Shown here one piece after another: positions 1-11,390 of a stretch of 64,000 nucleotides of DNA (positions are counted from its first letter, which is position 1; each line of letters begins with the position of its first letter). Location of the stretch: positions 692,501-756,500 of the forward strand of contig NMRA01000121.1 in NCBI GenBank assembly GCA_002633005.1, read 5' to 3'. The translations under genes and the position numbers were made by a program. The stretch is from Phoronis australis (lineage: Eukaryota; Animalia; Phoronida). Under the pieces are notes generated by a model that searched no databases, was not told where the DNA came from, and saw only the letters and a list, made by a program, of their open reading frames with translations.

Positions 1-133
1 TCACTGCCTAGTCTTTTATTGTGATATTGTGGTTTACCTGAATCTGTACAAAAACATGCATGCATCCTGGTCTTTTGTTCTTAGTGTTGTTCAAATTACA
101 AAACACTCGGCAGGAATATTAAGCGTATAGTCC

Positions 134-1413
134 TTTTTATGCGCCCACATACTTATATGTGGTCACATATTGCCGTCATCTCTGTCTGGGCATCCGGCAT
201 CCGCGGCTGTATCTCCTAAGCCCTTTGCAGGATCTTATTGAAATGTGGCAAGAGTGTTCCTATGGGGTTGACGACAGAGGGCGACGAGTTTCGGAACGAC
301 CCGAATACCACTGTGCCCCCTAGTGGCAATTTTAGTTTTTTAAATTTGCCTCTGTGTCTTCAAAGGTCCTCAACTAATTTTCGTGAAATTTGGTACATAG
401 GCATCTATTAATGAGTTACTCTATCCTCTTGTTTCCGGATAGATTTCAAGGCATTTTGTGCCATCTAGTGGCCATGTTTACTGTTTTTGAGTCGTTTCTT
501 TAGCGTCTGCCCTCTAACAACCAAACCACTTTAAGGATTTTGAAAATTGGCATGTATGTTTTTACTATGAGGAAGACAGTTGACGATCATTTTCCGACGA
601 CTTCGACTACTGTGGCACCTCCTAGTGACAGTTTTGTTTGTTTTTGCGCCCATGGCTGTATCTCTTAAATGTTCAACAGGATCTTTATTAAATTTAGCAA
701 ATTTATTTATATCAAGTTTACAGCGGATGACAACAACTTTTGGACAGATTGGTGTAACGGTGTGCCCCCTAGTGGCAGTTTTAGTTTTTTACGTTTACCT
801 CTGTATCTTCAAAGGTCCTGAACGGATTTCCATAAAATTGGGCACATAGACATCTATTAGTGACAGGACGCTATCCTCCCGTTTTGGGATGGATTCGTAG
901 TTTGTGCCACCTGGTGGCCATTTTTGATTTTTGAGTCTGTTTTTTGGCGTGTCCCTCTGTTGACCAAACCACTCTAAGGATGATTGTGAAAGTTGGCATG
1001 TATGTTCTTTCTATGAAGTTACGGTTGGCGATGATTTTCCGATGACTTCGAGTACTGTGGCGCCTCCTAGTGGCGGTTTTGTTTTTTTTGCACCTATTCC
1101 TGTATCTCCTAAGCCCTCTGCAGGATCTTTATTAAATTTAGCAAATGTATTTATATGAAATTAACAAGAGAAGACTACGACTTTTAAACAGATCCAACGA
1201 ACACTGTGCCCCCCTAGTGGCAATTTCATTTCTGAAGTTCCTCGATGAATTTTAATGAAATTTGGTAAATGGCTTTCTTTTAAAGAAGCGATGACATTTC
1301 AGACGGATTCGACGTAGTTTGCGCCATCTAGTGGCCATTTCAAACAAAACCCTAAAAACACCATTTGCGATACATTCGTGGGTGCATTTCAACGCTCCGC
1401 TTTGCTCTTGTTT
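134..1413 (+). mobile_element. Non-autonomous Helentron-like (HINE/DINE-1-type) element with internal ~150-bp tandem repeats (~447-bp trimeric unit)
   Basis: T-run at the 5' end. Subterminal inverted repeats ATGCGCCCAC (139-148) / GTGGGTGCAT (1378-1387). 5' hairpin CACATacttatATGTG, CATCCG microrepeat, 3' hairpin CAACGCTCCGCTTTG followed by CTTGTTT. Related copies at ~27.5k, 45.6k and 54.2k. Confidence 0.7.
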
Positions 1414-2788
1414 AAATTCACACGATTGTCACATATTTTGGGACCCACTTCTTCACTTGTAAATTGATGCCAGTCGCTGTGCAACATTGCACTCATCTGC
1501 GCACTATGTTAAAACAAGGTCACCGACACCGAGTTCACTTAGCCCCCAACGAGGTCACGGGATCAGAATCACTTGTAAACAAACTCCACTTGTATTTGAC
1601 TCAGCGTCAAAGAAATAAGTAAATAGCAAAGAATTACTAAAGATATATTTGTGATGTTTACATCATCTAAAAGAGGTACTTATGCTTTAATAATATATGT
1701 GAAAATACCATTTAGTTTCAAATATTCTTGGGCTGTGGTCTGTTTTTGCAACTGAGTTTATCCGTTGCTTGAGGATTTTTAGATGACTTAATTTAATATT
1801 GATCAACCCTTGTGTCTGTGCTGTGTGTGATGTACATAGTGGGTGCATATCAATGCTATGTTGCTCTTGTCTTCTATTTCACTACTGTATTTGCCTGTAT
1901 GTGAAGCTAGGCTGTAGTGTACTCCGTGTGTATATTCAAACATGGTGTTGTTCCAAATTCAAAAACTTAGTGTTATTGCTTTACGAAGCACGTGAGTACT
2001 GTGGCAACTCAGCAGATTGTGACATGGTCACCTAGTGATATGTAGCAGTAGTTGTGTATGTGAATTAGCAGACAGGAGGATTATGAGCTTAAAACACGCC
2101 GGACAATTCGGATCTTGCCTTGTAAATTAAGTGCATGCAAATCACTACACTAAAGTCAAGCAGCAAGTTTAGACAGTAGCATGTTATTGAAGATTGACTT
2201 GTTCAAATTATAAGATGGTGATGTGTTTTCAGTTTAAGAGGAAGAAATATTTGACACGATTAATGACAAATGACATAAAATGTAAAAAAAAACAATCCAG
2301 TTTAATGTGTGTGTGATCAAGGGGCACTTCACCCATAAGTGAACCTTTGGTGTATGTACCTTGTATGAAACACTTGAGTAAAAATATTGGATAAATGCCC
2401 ATGGGCTTAAATATCTATGGTATATGTTTGAGAAATTGATCAACAACGACCAACTTTCGAACCTAGTCTCATTTTACACCCATGGGTTGTGGGCAGTCGT
2501 TGTTCGTCAAGCTACTTTTGAACTGAAAAGGCATCGTCCAGTCTGAGGCTGGTGTTACGATTCAGATTAAATTGTTGTATTTTTGTTCATTTTCATCACT
2601 CTGGTCAGTGTGATTAGCTTGGAGTAGAAGTAACCAAATTTGTACTAAACCTTAATATAAGAACATTTATGAGATAAACAAGTATTCCCCTGGAGATGCA
2701 CAGGCAGCAAAACTTTGCAGTTCAAAAGTCTGATTGTTGGAGTTTAGCTCTATTTGCATTCTTTAATTGACCTCGTTATTTGTTTCAG

Positions 2789-2857
2789 AAGCAATCCTTA
2801 AAGTGTGTGCAAGTTCGGACACAAGTGCAGACCATAGACGCATTGGAATTGAAACCT
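2789..2857 (+). CDS. Upstream coding exon of the MEP-1-like gene (69 nt, phase 1-1)
   Basis: tttcag|AAGCAATC...GAAACCT|gtaagt. Open frame (AILKVCASSDTSADHRRIGIET) that splices in frame onto the acceptor at 4847 (T|GT CAC ACA AAT GGC...). Confidence 0.65.
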
Positions 2858-2937
2858 GTAAGTATCTGTTCCTTTTGATTATAAGCACCTGCGCCGTCAG
2901 TCTCACATGCCTTGGCAATTCGTGCTCACACAATTTG

Positions 2938-3004
2938 AATCGTACTGCGGAACCACTGAATTGTACTGCGGAACCACTGAATCGTCCGCTCGCGCCATTG
3001 AATC
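2938..3004. repeat. ~21-bp tandem repeat (AATCGTACTGCGGAACCACTG), about 3 copies
   Basis: Directly visible; explains the 'TAEPLN' repeats in ORF 2767-3192. Confidence 0.7.
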
Positions 3005-3715
3005 ATACGTATGAACCATGTCGCCATATGTACAGACTAATGCATACGAGCTGTAATGAGGAATCATTCTTTCATGTGGTTTGTGCGATTGATTCTATGT
3101 TTGCACTTCTGAGTTTTGTTCAAAGGATTGACTGCAATGATTCTTTGTATGTTTGCATGATGTGGTCGATAAGTATGGCCCAGTGGTTCTAGCTCGTCAT
3201 TCGTCTGTTTGCCTTTGTCATCACAATATATCCAGTATCATGAATGACTGTTGGTCACGTTTTGTATTCAGCTCTTCTCTTTCAAGGGTGTAGAAAAGCA
3301 CTGTATGGTTGGTCTAACATTAAAAGTTAGGCCAAGACATTTCTGAACTAAGGTGGACAAGAGACAGTTGATGTATTGTGCCTGATCAAGTTTCAGTAAA
3401 AGTGACATTAGAATGATGGAATGTCAAATTAATTTTGCTGTAAATTAGTGACCAAGACAGTAGTATTTTACCACTTTGGGACAAGTGTGCAGAATTTTGT
3501 GTAAATATTACTCCAAAGTAATGCTAAATCCTGTCGTAATTTTTGTCCTGCCACTGAAGAAAAGGGTGATTTTTTGGACAGCTTGTGTATTATAAGAAGT
3601 CATGTCATCAAAAACATTCAGAAGTCCTAAATGTGCAATTTCAAAGAATAATAGCATTCAACTACAAAATCGTTCTCAATTTTTGAAGGTGGTGTCACGA
3701 TTCATAACTTGTTTC

Positions 3716-3986
3716 TGTTTGCTTTATTGGGCCTCCCTATTTGTTGGCGAGTCTTTCGCTGCTCTTTAGCCTGAAGTTAAGTTGTGCAGTAATACACAAA
3801 ACGTACCTAAAGTGGCGTAGATGAAGTAATACCCCACTCGACATTCCGTGTATCGACCAAGACTGAAGGTCGAGATACACTGAATAATGTCGAGTGGGAT
3901 ATTACTTCATCTACGCTGTATTACTGCACAGCTTAACTTCAGACGACAGACTCGCCAACAAATAGGGAGGCCCAATAAAGCAAACA
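3716..3986. mobile_element. Foldback/palindromic MITE-like element (~270 bp) in a MEP-1-like intron
   Basis: TGTTTGCTTTATTGGGCCTCCCTATTTGTTGGCGAGTCT pairs with AGACTCGCCAACAAATAGGGAGGCCCAATAAAGCAAACA. Further inner arms: CTGAAGTTAAG..TGTGCAGTAATAC and GCGTAGATGAAGTAAT..CCCACTCGACATT. Confidence 0.8.
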
Positions 3987-4846
3987 CGTGGCGTATCACA
4001 TCCTATACGTATGTACTTGCAAGTTTTCCCTGATTAAAGAAGCAGTTTCAAATGTAACGATTTATTACTTGAAAAGAGATAATAAAGATGAAAATTGTGC
4101 ATTGAACTTTTAATATTTACTGAAAATAGTTAAATAACAACATTTAATATTGCAGTTACCGAGAAATTGACACCTGAGTTGCAGACAATTTTAATATTTA
4201 GCAATTAAAAACTGAGACAGAAGTGCCATATAATTAACAGTTTTGTACCAAATGTTACATTTGGGACCTGATTGGATGTCGAGTGTTATACTGCTGCAAT
4301 TTTATTAATTTAAACTATTTTGGGAAAGTTTGATGATCAAACCAGCTAACACCGTCGAGTCTACATTGACTTGCATTTTGAATTTTCCATGTCAGAGGCA
4401 CTGTTGAAGTTGTCCGGGAGAGCAGTACCGAAAACAATATCATATGGCCGTATTACACAGACACTCCACTTATTAAACATGTATGGGATGGAATAGTTAC
4501 TGAAATCATGGCGTCCGTTGGTACAGTTTAGATTTTTATTGTTAATTGAGGAAGATTTTCCACATAAGTCCACTGTAGTGGTTTTCTTATTGGGATAAAG
4601 TTCTTTTGTTTCAAGTAGACCAATGTAACTCTGACTTATGAAGTGATTAGATAAATGTTGTATTCCAAATGAAGGAGCTTGCACTACACTACAAATTTCA
4701 CGTTAAAAAACTTTCATTCTCAGCACACTAGTTTTCCTGTCAAGTGGAACATTGCCATTATTTCACCTTTTTCTGTCACATTTTACTATTTGACATTGAA
4801 AAATACTCAAGGAATTCCCCACTGTAATTTGTAAACTGTCTTGCAG

Positions 4847-7800
4847 GTCACACAAATGGCGAGACAGAAGGAAAAGGGGAAGCAATGGAGATAGAAACCA
4901 TGGCAACCAGTGCTTGTGATTCCCCATCTGTGGAATGTGGTAATTCTGTAGAAGAGGGAATTTCCTTAGAACAACGAGGCTTAGATTTTTGTTCGACTGA
5001 CATACCAAAGATTCCAGACTCTTTAGCTGTGCCTAGCGATTCTTCAGAAAAGGGAAAGGGTTTTGACACTGTTGTTAGCCAGGTAGAAGCTACTCAGTCG
5101 TCTGATCCTGACATTAGTAATACATCATCAAATGGACAAGTTGATGGCACCGTTGGTGCCCAACAGTCACAAACAGGTAGTGGTGTTTTATCTGGTGGTG
5201 GAGACGAGAGTTCAAAAGGTGTTAAGAAAGATATTGTTATCATCGAAGAGGATGCAGTAAAATTGGAAACTGGTGCTATCAATGAATTACATCTGGATGG
5301 TTTCACTATCTCTGTGCAGCATGATTCTAAGGAGTCGACCCCGGCCAACTCCCCAGAGGCTTCACGGACCTCAACACCAGACGAGAGTGCAAAGAACAAA
5401 GACGAAACTCAGCCCATGATTTCTCAAACATCATCGGTGAACAAACCCAAACCGGTAGAGTCCAAGCCAACTCCAGTCAGCATACAACCATCTCAAAGTA
5501 TCACTAAATCTGCTGCAGTACCAAAGAGGCCTCGTTTCTTTAAGAGTCGCATGCAGCCACAGAGCTCGTATGCAATCAGTAGGTCTCAACAGCCAATTAA
5601 TAATCTATATGGTTACTCAGTGGCTGGGTCATCTGCCTCTCTGCTCAGTTACCAACCAAACCAGGTTATGGCACCACAGCATCAACAGCAGCCGAGGTAC
5701 TTGCTACTGAATACACCCAAACAGAACCCTGTCTTGGTTTCCCAGCCTCCCATCACACAGTCGTCCATGGACCGGGTGAAACACATGCTAGGTTTGCAGC
5801 AGTCTGCCAGGTCTTCAGCATTACCTTACAGCCAGTACCCACTTCAGTCTCCAAGTCTAGCAGCAAGGCTTCAAGCCCCTGTGGCCCCGTCTCCCCTTCC
5901 TATGGTGCCACCCACTATACTTGATAAACCATTCTCATTGACAAGTGCAGCTTACAACGAGACATTACCGCCTACACTTGTTAAGGTGACCACAGCCATT
6001 CCCAGACTTAGTGATCCTTTGCTAATGCCAGTTGTCAAACAGAGACCATTCAATATGTTTGTGATGCCAAAAGATGATTCTCCAGTGCAAAGCAAAACAG
6101 AGGTTGAAAGTGGAGAAGAATCTGATTCTGAGAAAGAGAAAAAAGTCAAAGAGGGCGCTACTGACATATCTCCGGCTAAAGATACTGATGAAAGTGAGAG
6201 TAAGGACCAATCGAAAGAGGTCACAAATGAAGGTTCAGGTGACGTCGCTGGGACTGATTTGAAAACCTCCAAGAGCCCGGGTAACGATGAAGAAAGTGCC
6301 AACCAAAAAGACGAGGAAACAGATGTCGATAGGGGCATCTCAAAATCAGACGCAGGACAAGGTTCAAATGTTAAGGAATCTGCCGGTAAGTTACTGGAAG
6401 ACAAACATTCTGAAAGTGCTTTATCTTCCACGGATGCAAAAGATAAGGGGGAAGTGGGAGAAGACGGTGAACATGAGTCAGCTGTGAAGAATGGAGAAGC
6501 AGTGAAGAAAAATGACGATCAAGAAACGGTGGCAAAGAAAAATGACGATTGTAGTGGCAAAAAAACAGAAGTTACTAGCATCTACGAAGACGATTTCGAC
6601 GAAGAGGCCATGGGCTGCTCATCTCTGCGTGCTATACCTAAATTTTTGTACAAGATTGGGCTGGACCTTGTTCAGCAACATACTTATTTCAATATGACCA
6701 AGATGTTGCTGAAGCGAGCTGGTAAGGGGAAGCTGGATGAGCGTGGCTTCGCCAACCTGACGGTGATTCAGAAGGCATTAGAGCGGAAGAGTCGGCGTAA
6801 CTGGGACCACAACCATCTGCAACGGCATTCGTGCAGTGAGTGTGGTTTTACAACTGAGTCGGAGAATGTATTGAGCTACCACACAGAGGAGCCACATCAA
6901 GAAAGCAATAGTAACCGTCTGCACTGCGGGTTGTGCAAGTTTGTCACCGCCCAGCACGATGTCTTCATGCTTCACATGGAGAGCGAGCACGGCAAGCGGG
7001 GGCGTGTAACACTCCCCCTGGCTGCGTTCCAGTGTCGCTTCTGCTCATTTGAGTCGGCGACACGTGGCAGGTACACTAAGCACATATTCAAGTGTGAGAC
7101 AAAGTTCAACAAAATGAAGGTGCAGAACCTGGCACCTCTACCACTGGCTGTCCATGCCACCCTCTGCACCATACCATCCATTATTCCTGAAAGAAAAGTG
7201 GCTGCACCACCGCCACCACCACCACCTCAGATACAGCCAAGTTACTACCGCCCTTTGGCTCAATCTGCCGTGCCCGTTAGTAGTCCTAAGGTGCAGGTAG
7301 TTCAGCTCACAAATGGTGGCTATGCTTTGCAACAAAAGGACAACTATGTTCTCCAGCAGATACAGCCCAACACTGTCTCATCAAAGACTCAACAGATGAC
7401 AGCTCAGTCTGCCTCTAGGCCACTACCTCCCCTACGAGCAATTCCTCAGCAGATTCCGAAGCCAACACCAGCTCCACCTGTGGAGGCTGCAGCTGCCTCT
7501 GCACCATTTGTAACATGTGAATTGTGTGAAGGCTTTGTGAAGTCCAAAGTTGCCCTTCATACACACTTCAAGGTGGCCCATGGTGTCGAACTCCCTCTGC
7601 AGTTCCTGGAAGAAAATCCCAAATTCAAGTGCTCCGTGTGCACTAAAGCTTTCTACACTTTCTCAGCTTGCTCAACCCACATGCAAACCGTTCACCAGTT
7701 CAAGTCCCCACCTGTACCCGTCATTCGTCCACCGGCAAAAGCGGTGACGCTAACCAGTCCCAAAGCCACTGCCTCCCCTAGGTCCTCAGTCTCCATACTA

Positions 7801-8892
7801 CGCCCAGGAAAAGAGTCCAAGGTGGCAAGCTCCCCGTCAGTGAGTGTGAATTTTCAGAAGTGTCACATTTGTGGCGACATGTCGAGCAATGTGGTCACTC
7901 ACATTATCCTCACACACAACCCAACCTTGACACACATGCAGCTCTCTGGCATGTGTATGTTCTGTCGTAGCTCCATGCCCACAATGAAGTCACTGGAGGA
8001 CCACCTTCAGAGGTCACACAGTGTCGATCCAACAACACTCGGTGTGAAGAATGCTTGTCACAAGTGTGGCTTTGTGTATAAATACCTGTATCAGTTGATC
8101 TCGCATTTAGAGAAGGCACACAACATCTTATGTGAGAAACGCTGCCCCGTCTGCCGTGAAATGATGTCGTCGACTGCCCTTTCGGTACATCTTGCCGCTA
8201 GCCACAAAAAAGACTTCAGTGGGGTCGCAACCTTTGTAAGTTCCCAGTCACTGTGTATTTTGTGTGGTACGCTGTTGACCAACAATTTAATTGTGCAAGC
8301 CAGACATTTGATTGAGGCACACGGATTATTTTTCCTCAGCGGGACCTTATTGGCCAGAAGCGATTTTTCCGAGCCAGCACCAGTAAGCAAAACGGATTCG
8401 CTTGTTTGCAAGTTCTGCAAGGCAAAATTCCCGTCGCGAGAGCAACTGACTGAGCATTATTCCAGAAAGCATGTGTTCACGTGTAAGGTGTGTGATACCA
8501 AGTTTGGCTCACAACATTGGCTTGATTGTCACTACACGACTACACACAGGATGACATTAGATTTGATTAAAAAACTGAATGGTAAATCAGACCGAAGTGA
8601 GTTATTGTCATGCTCTCATTGTTCAGCCAAACTCAGACGAAACACTCAGGCGTCACATATGTTTCGAATTCACACCAAGAAGTGCTATGTGGCCATTCAG
8701 CGGTTACCTTTTCATGAGATCGGGCACCTCCTGCCAGAGGCGGACCGATCTGCTCGTGTTCGTAAACGAAAAGCGGAGGACGAAGTTGTTGTCATTGATG
8801 ATGATGATACGGCAAGTGAATCACAAGTTGAAGAGATGCCAGCAAAGAAGGCAAAGCCTGATGAAGCCAGTGAAGTGGTCACCTTGGATTGA
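4847..8892 (+). CDS. MEP-1: MEP-1-like (MOG-interacting and ectopic P-granules protein 1 family) multi-C2H2 zinc-finger chromatin protein, terminal ~4-kb coding exon (ORF 4885-8892, 1335 aa)
   Basis: About 13 C2H2/C2HC fingers. The block FLYKIGLDLVQ...CSECGFTTESENVLSYHTEEPH...CGLCKF...HMESEHGKRGR...FQCRFCSFE resembles the nematode/insect MEP-1 core. Also Q/P-rich and acidic disordered regions, SIM-like motifs and an NLS (RVRKRK, PAKKAK). The frame is open from acceptor ttgcag|4847. Confidence 0.8.
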
Positions 8893-11139
8893 GCCAGATT
8901 GTGTCACAGTCTGATGCTGATACCATGCAAGTTATTTGTTGATCAGGACATTGGAATCCCTCTCACAACTTCCCAGAACTTATATACTCCAGCTCGGAAT
9001 GCATGCTAAGCTTTGCAGTATGAGTCTGAATTCAGTGCTGTACTTGTTTCAATTTTTACGGCTGATCAATATTTTGTCAAACGAGCAGCAATGAGGCAAT
9101 GGCTTGATGTTGGGAGAACAGCAAGTGTTGACCACCTCCCTAGCAAAGACGATCGCACATCAGTCATCCTCTAGACATAAAGGAGCCATTGTTTAATCTT
9201 TGTACTTGTAGTGGAACTCGAAATTATTCTTGCCATTTTCTCCCCTGCTTTAACATAAACTCAAGATAAGTGTCTAATATTCTGTGCTCAAGTACACTGT
9301 GGTTAAAGCAGATTAATTTTTACCAGTAATCCAAATTCGTACTTGATAAACCCTAGATTTGAGCTAGAAATTGCCGTAAAAATCTGAATTTTTAGTAAAA
9401 ACTCAAAATGTTGAGATTGGACTTGAATAAGGCTTCAGTGTGGTTAAAACCACCTCTTGGCTTGTTTTGACAAGTGACTACATTGTCAGTATCATTAAAC
9501 CTTTTATAGCACAATGGTGAATTCAGTATTCCCAAAACGAGAAAACAGAAGCTCGACTTGATTTGAAAGTTTCGTAGCTCTGCAAAAATTTGTGTGACTT
9601 GGCATACTCAGCGCCAGTGCGCCGTGTCTTCCAACACACAATTTCCTTTAACCAAGTTGTGCAATATCTGCGCTTTTCTGATGTCTCGCAGCAAGGTGAA
9701 AAATCACTACCATTAACCATGACAGAATTAGCAATATCTGACATCTAACAATAATAACGGAGGTGGATGACTAATGCTCAATATTCAAGTAAAATGTGAA
9801 ATATTAAGTACAAAGATAAGATTCCGGGCCCAGTTGTTGATTGTTTTGACAGAATATTTATTTACTTTACTGTACTTAGTCTGAGTTGAGCTCTGTGGAA
9901 AGGATTTGAAGGAGGAGCTATCTGTTTGAAAATAGAAATTTTAGCTAAGAAGGTGCTTCATAACAACATGTAGGTCTTGAGTCAGCCAGAAATTTCACAA
10001 TATATTGATAAATAAGAGCTGTATGCTGGACAGAATATCTACCTGTTCCTAGTACCTCGTGACACCTCTTGTCCTTCCATGGATTGATGTAGTATCTTAT
10101 TGGCGGGAATTCTGGTCGTTTGGGAACTTGTTTGTCTTGTGATTCTAAACCCTCCATGCTAAGGACAGTTTGTATCTGGTGCCACCTAACTGATAATTTA
10201 TTATTGGAGCAATAGTAGGTCAGAGAACAGGTGAGTGTGAATTCACAAAACTAAGTTCTGACAGTTGTCATTGTGAAATTAATAATTTTGGAGGGTTGTC
10301 TGGGCCTGTGTGGTAACTATAAAGATCTGAGTCGGTTGTAGCTCTCATTGGGGCCCTGTGTTAAACTAACATAGGTCTGTATATCATTGGGGAATCTTTA
10401 AAATGTTACATTCAGCGTTTAGTAGGTGAATGAATGTATCTTTGGTTTGTAAAAACTGTACTGTCCAGTTACACAGCAGGGCTACATAGAGGGTGTGAAC
10501 ATTGTTGGACTTTAATTTTTATTAGGCTGGACACTGGTCAGCAAATATTCATCAGACTTGCCAAATGTATATGGAGAGTGAACTGGAATTCAGTTATTTC
10601 ATGAATTGTGCAATTACACCTGCAAGTGTTAAGTACACTACGATGTTTTTGCACTGTTGAGTCTCCTGTTATATCTGCCATGTTAAGGTTTTCTGACATT
10701 TTCTATTTTTAATATGTAAGATCAGCTAACAGATTTTGTCAACCTCACCTTTGATCATATTTAGGACGGTGTTACTTGATGAGTATTTTTGCCTGGTTGT
10801 ATTACCATACTCCTGCGGGTAGATGCCTACTCGTAAAGTTTGGGCCTATCACCAATTTATATGATAGTACCTCCAAAGCGCCCATGTCTCTGAATGCCTG
10901 TTCTTAGCAAATTTCAGCTGCCAACGGAACTCTCCTTTGCATGACGAGTAGGCCAGAGTTTTAGTGACACCTTGCCGAATTTGATCGGTAAAGTGCCAGT
11001 AATCTCCAAATCAGATACGTTCACAATTTGCGTAAATATGCACCCTGGATTTTGAGTTCTCCAGATTAAACATCCTTGTCTCGTTCATGCTGTTTGTGAT
11101 GAGCCAAACAGAGACCTTTTCTATTCATTACACCACTCA

Positions 11140-11390
11140 TTTTTATGTGGGCACTTATTGCCGTCATCATTGTCCATTTGGTGCTGCTCCTGCTTCTCTA
11201 TGTGCCAAATCCTTGCGTGGATATGTGTAGGTTTGAGGTGACATGTGAATGGATTTGAGTATCTCTCTTCTTGCTGGTGGCAGTTTTGGTTTTTGACAGA
11301 TTTTCGCGGAATTTGGTAAATAGAATGTTAGAAGACACCATGATACTATGTGGTTATGTAGTTGAGGAATTGCCATGACAACAGGTTATG
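11140..11390 (+). repeat. Truncated/diverged relative of the HINE-like family in the putative MEP-1 3' UTR
   Basis: TTTTATGTGGGCACTTATTGCCGTCATC resembles the element's 5' end at 146-180; GAATTTGG core motif downstream. Confidence 0.45.

Noticed and set aside
580-849. ORFs within HINE-like repeats (also 28196-28610, 46240-46726, 54182-54565)
   Set aside because: They lie in tandem non-coding repeat units and the frames are not preserved between copies.
4763-8914. Multiple antisense and alternate-frame ORFs overlapping the MEP-1-like exon
   Set aside because: Shadow ORFs of a long coding exon, with no independent motifs or splice signals.
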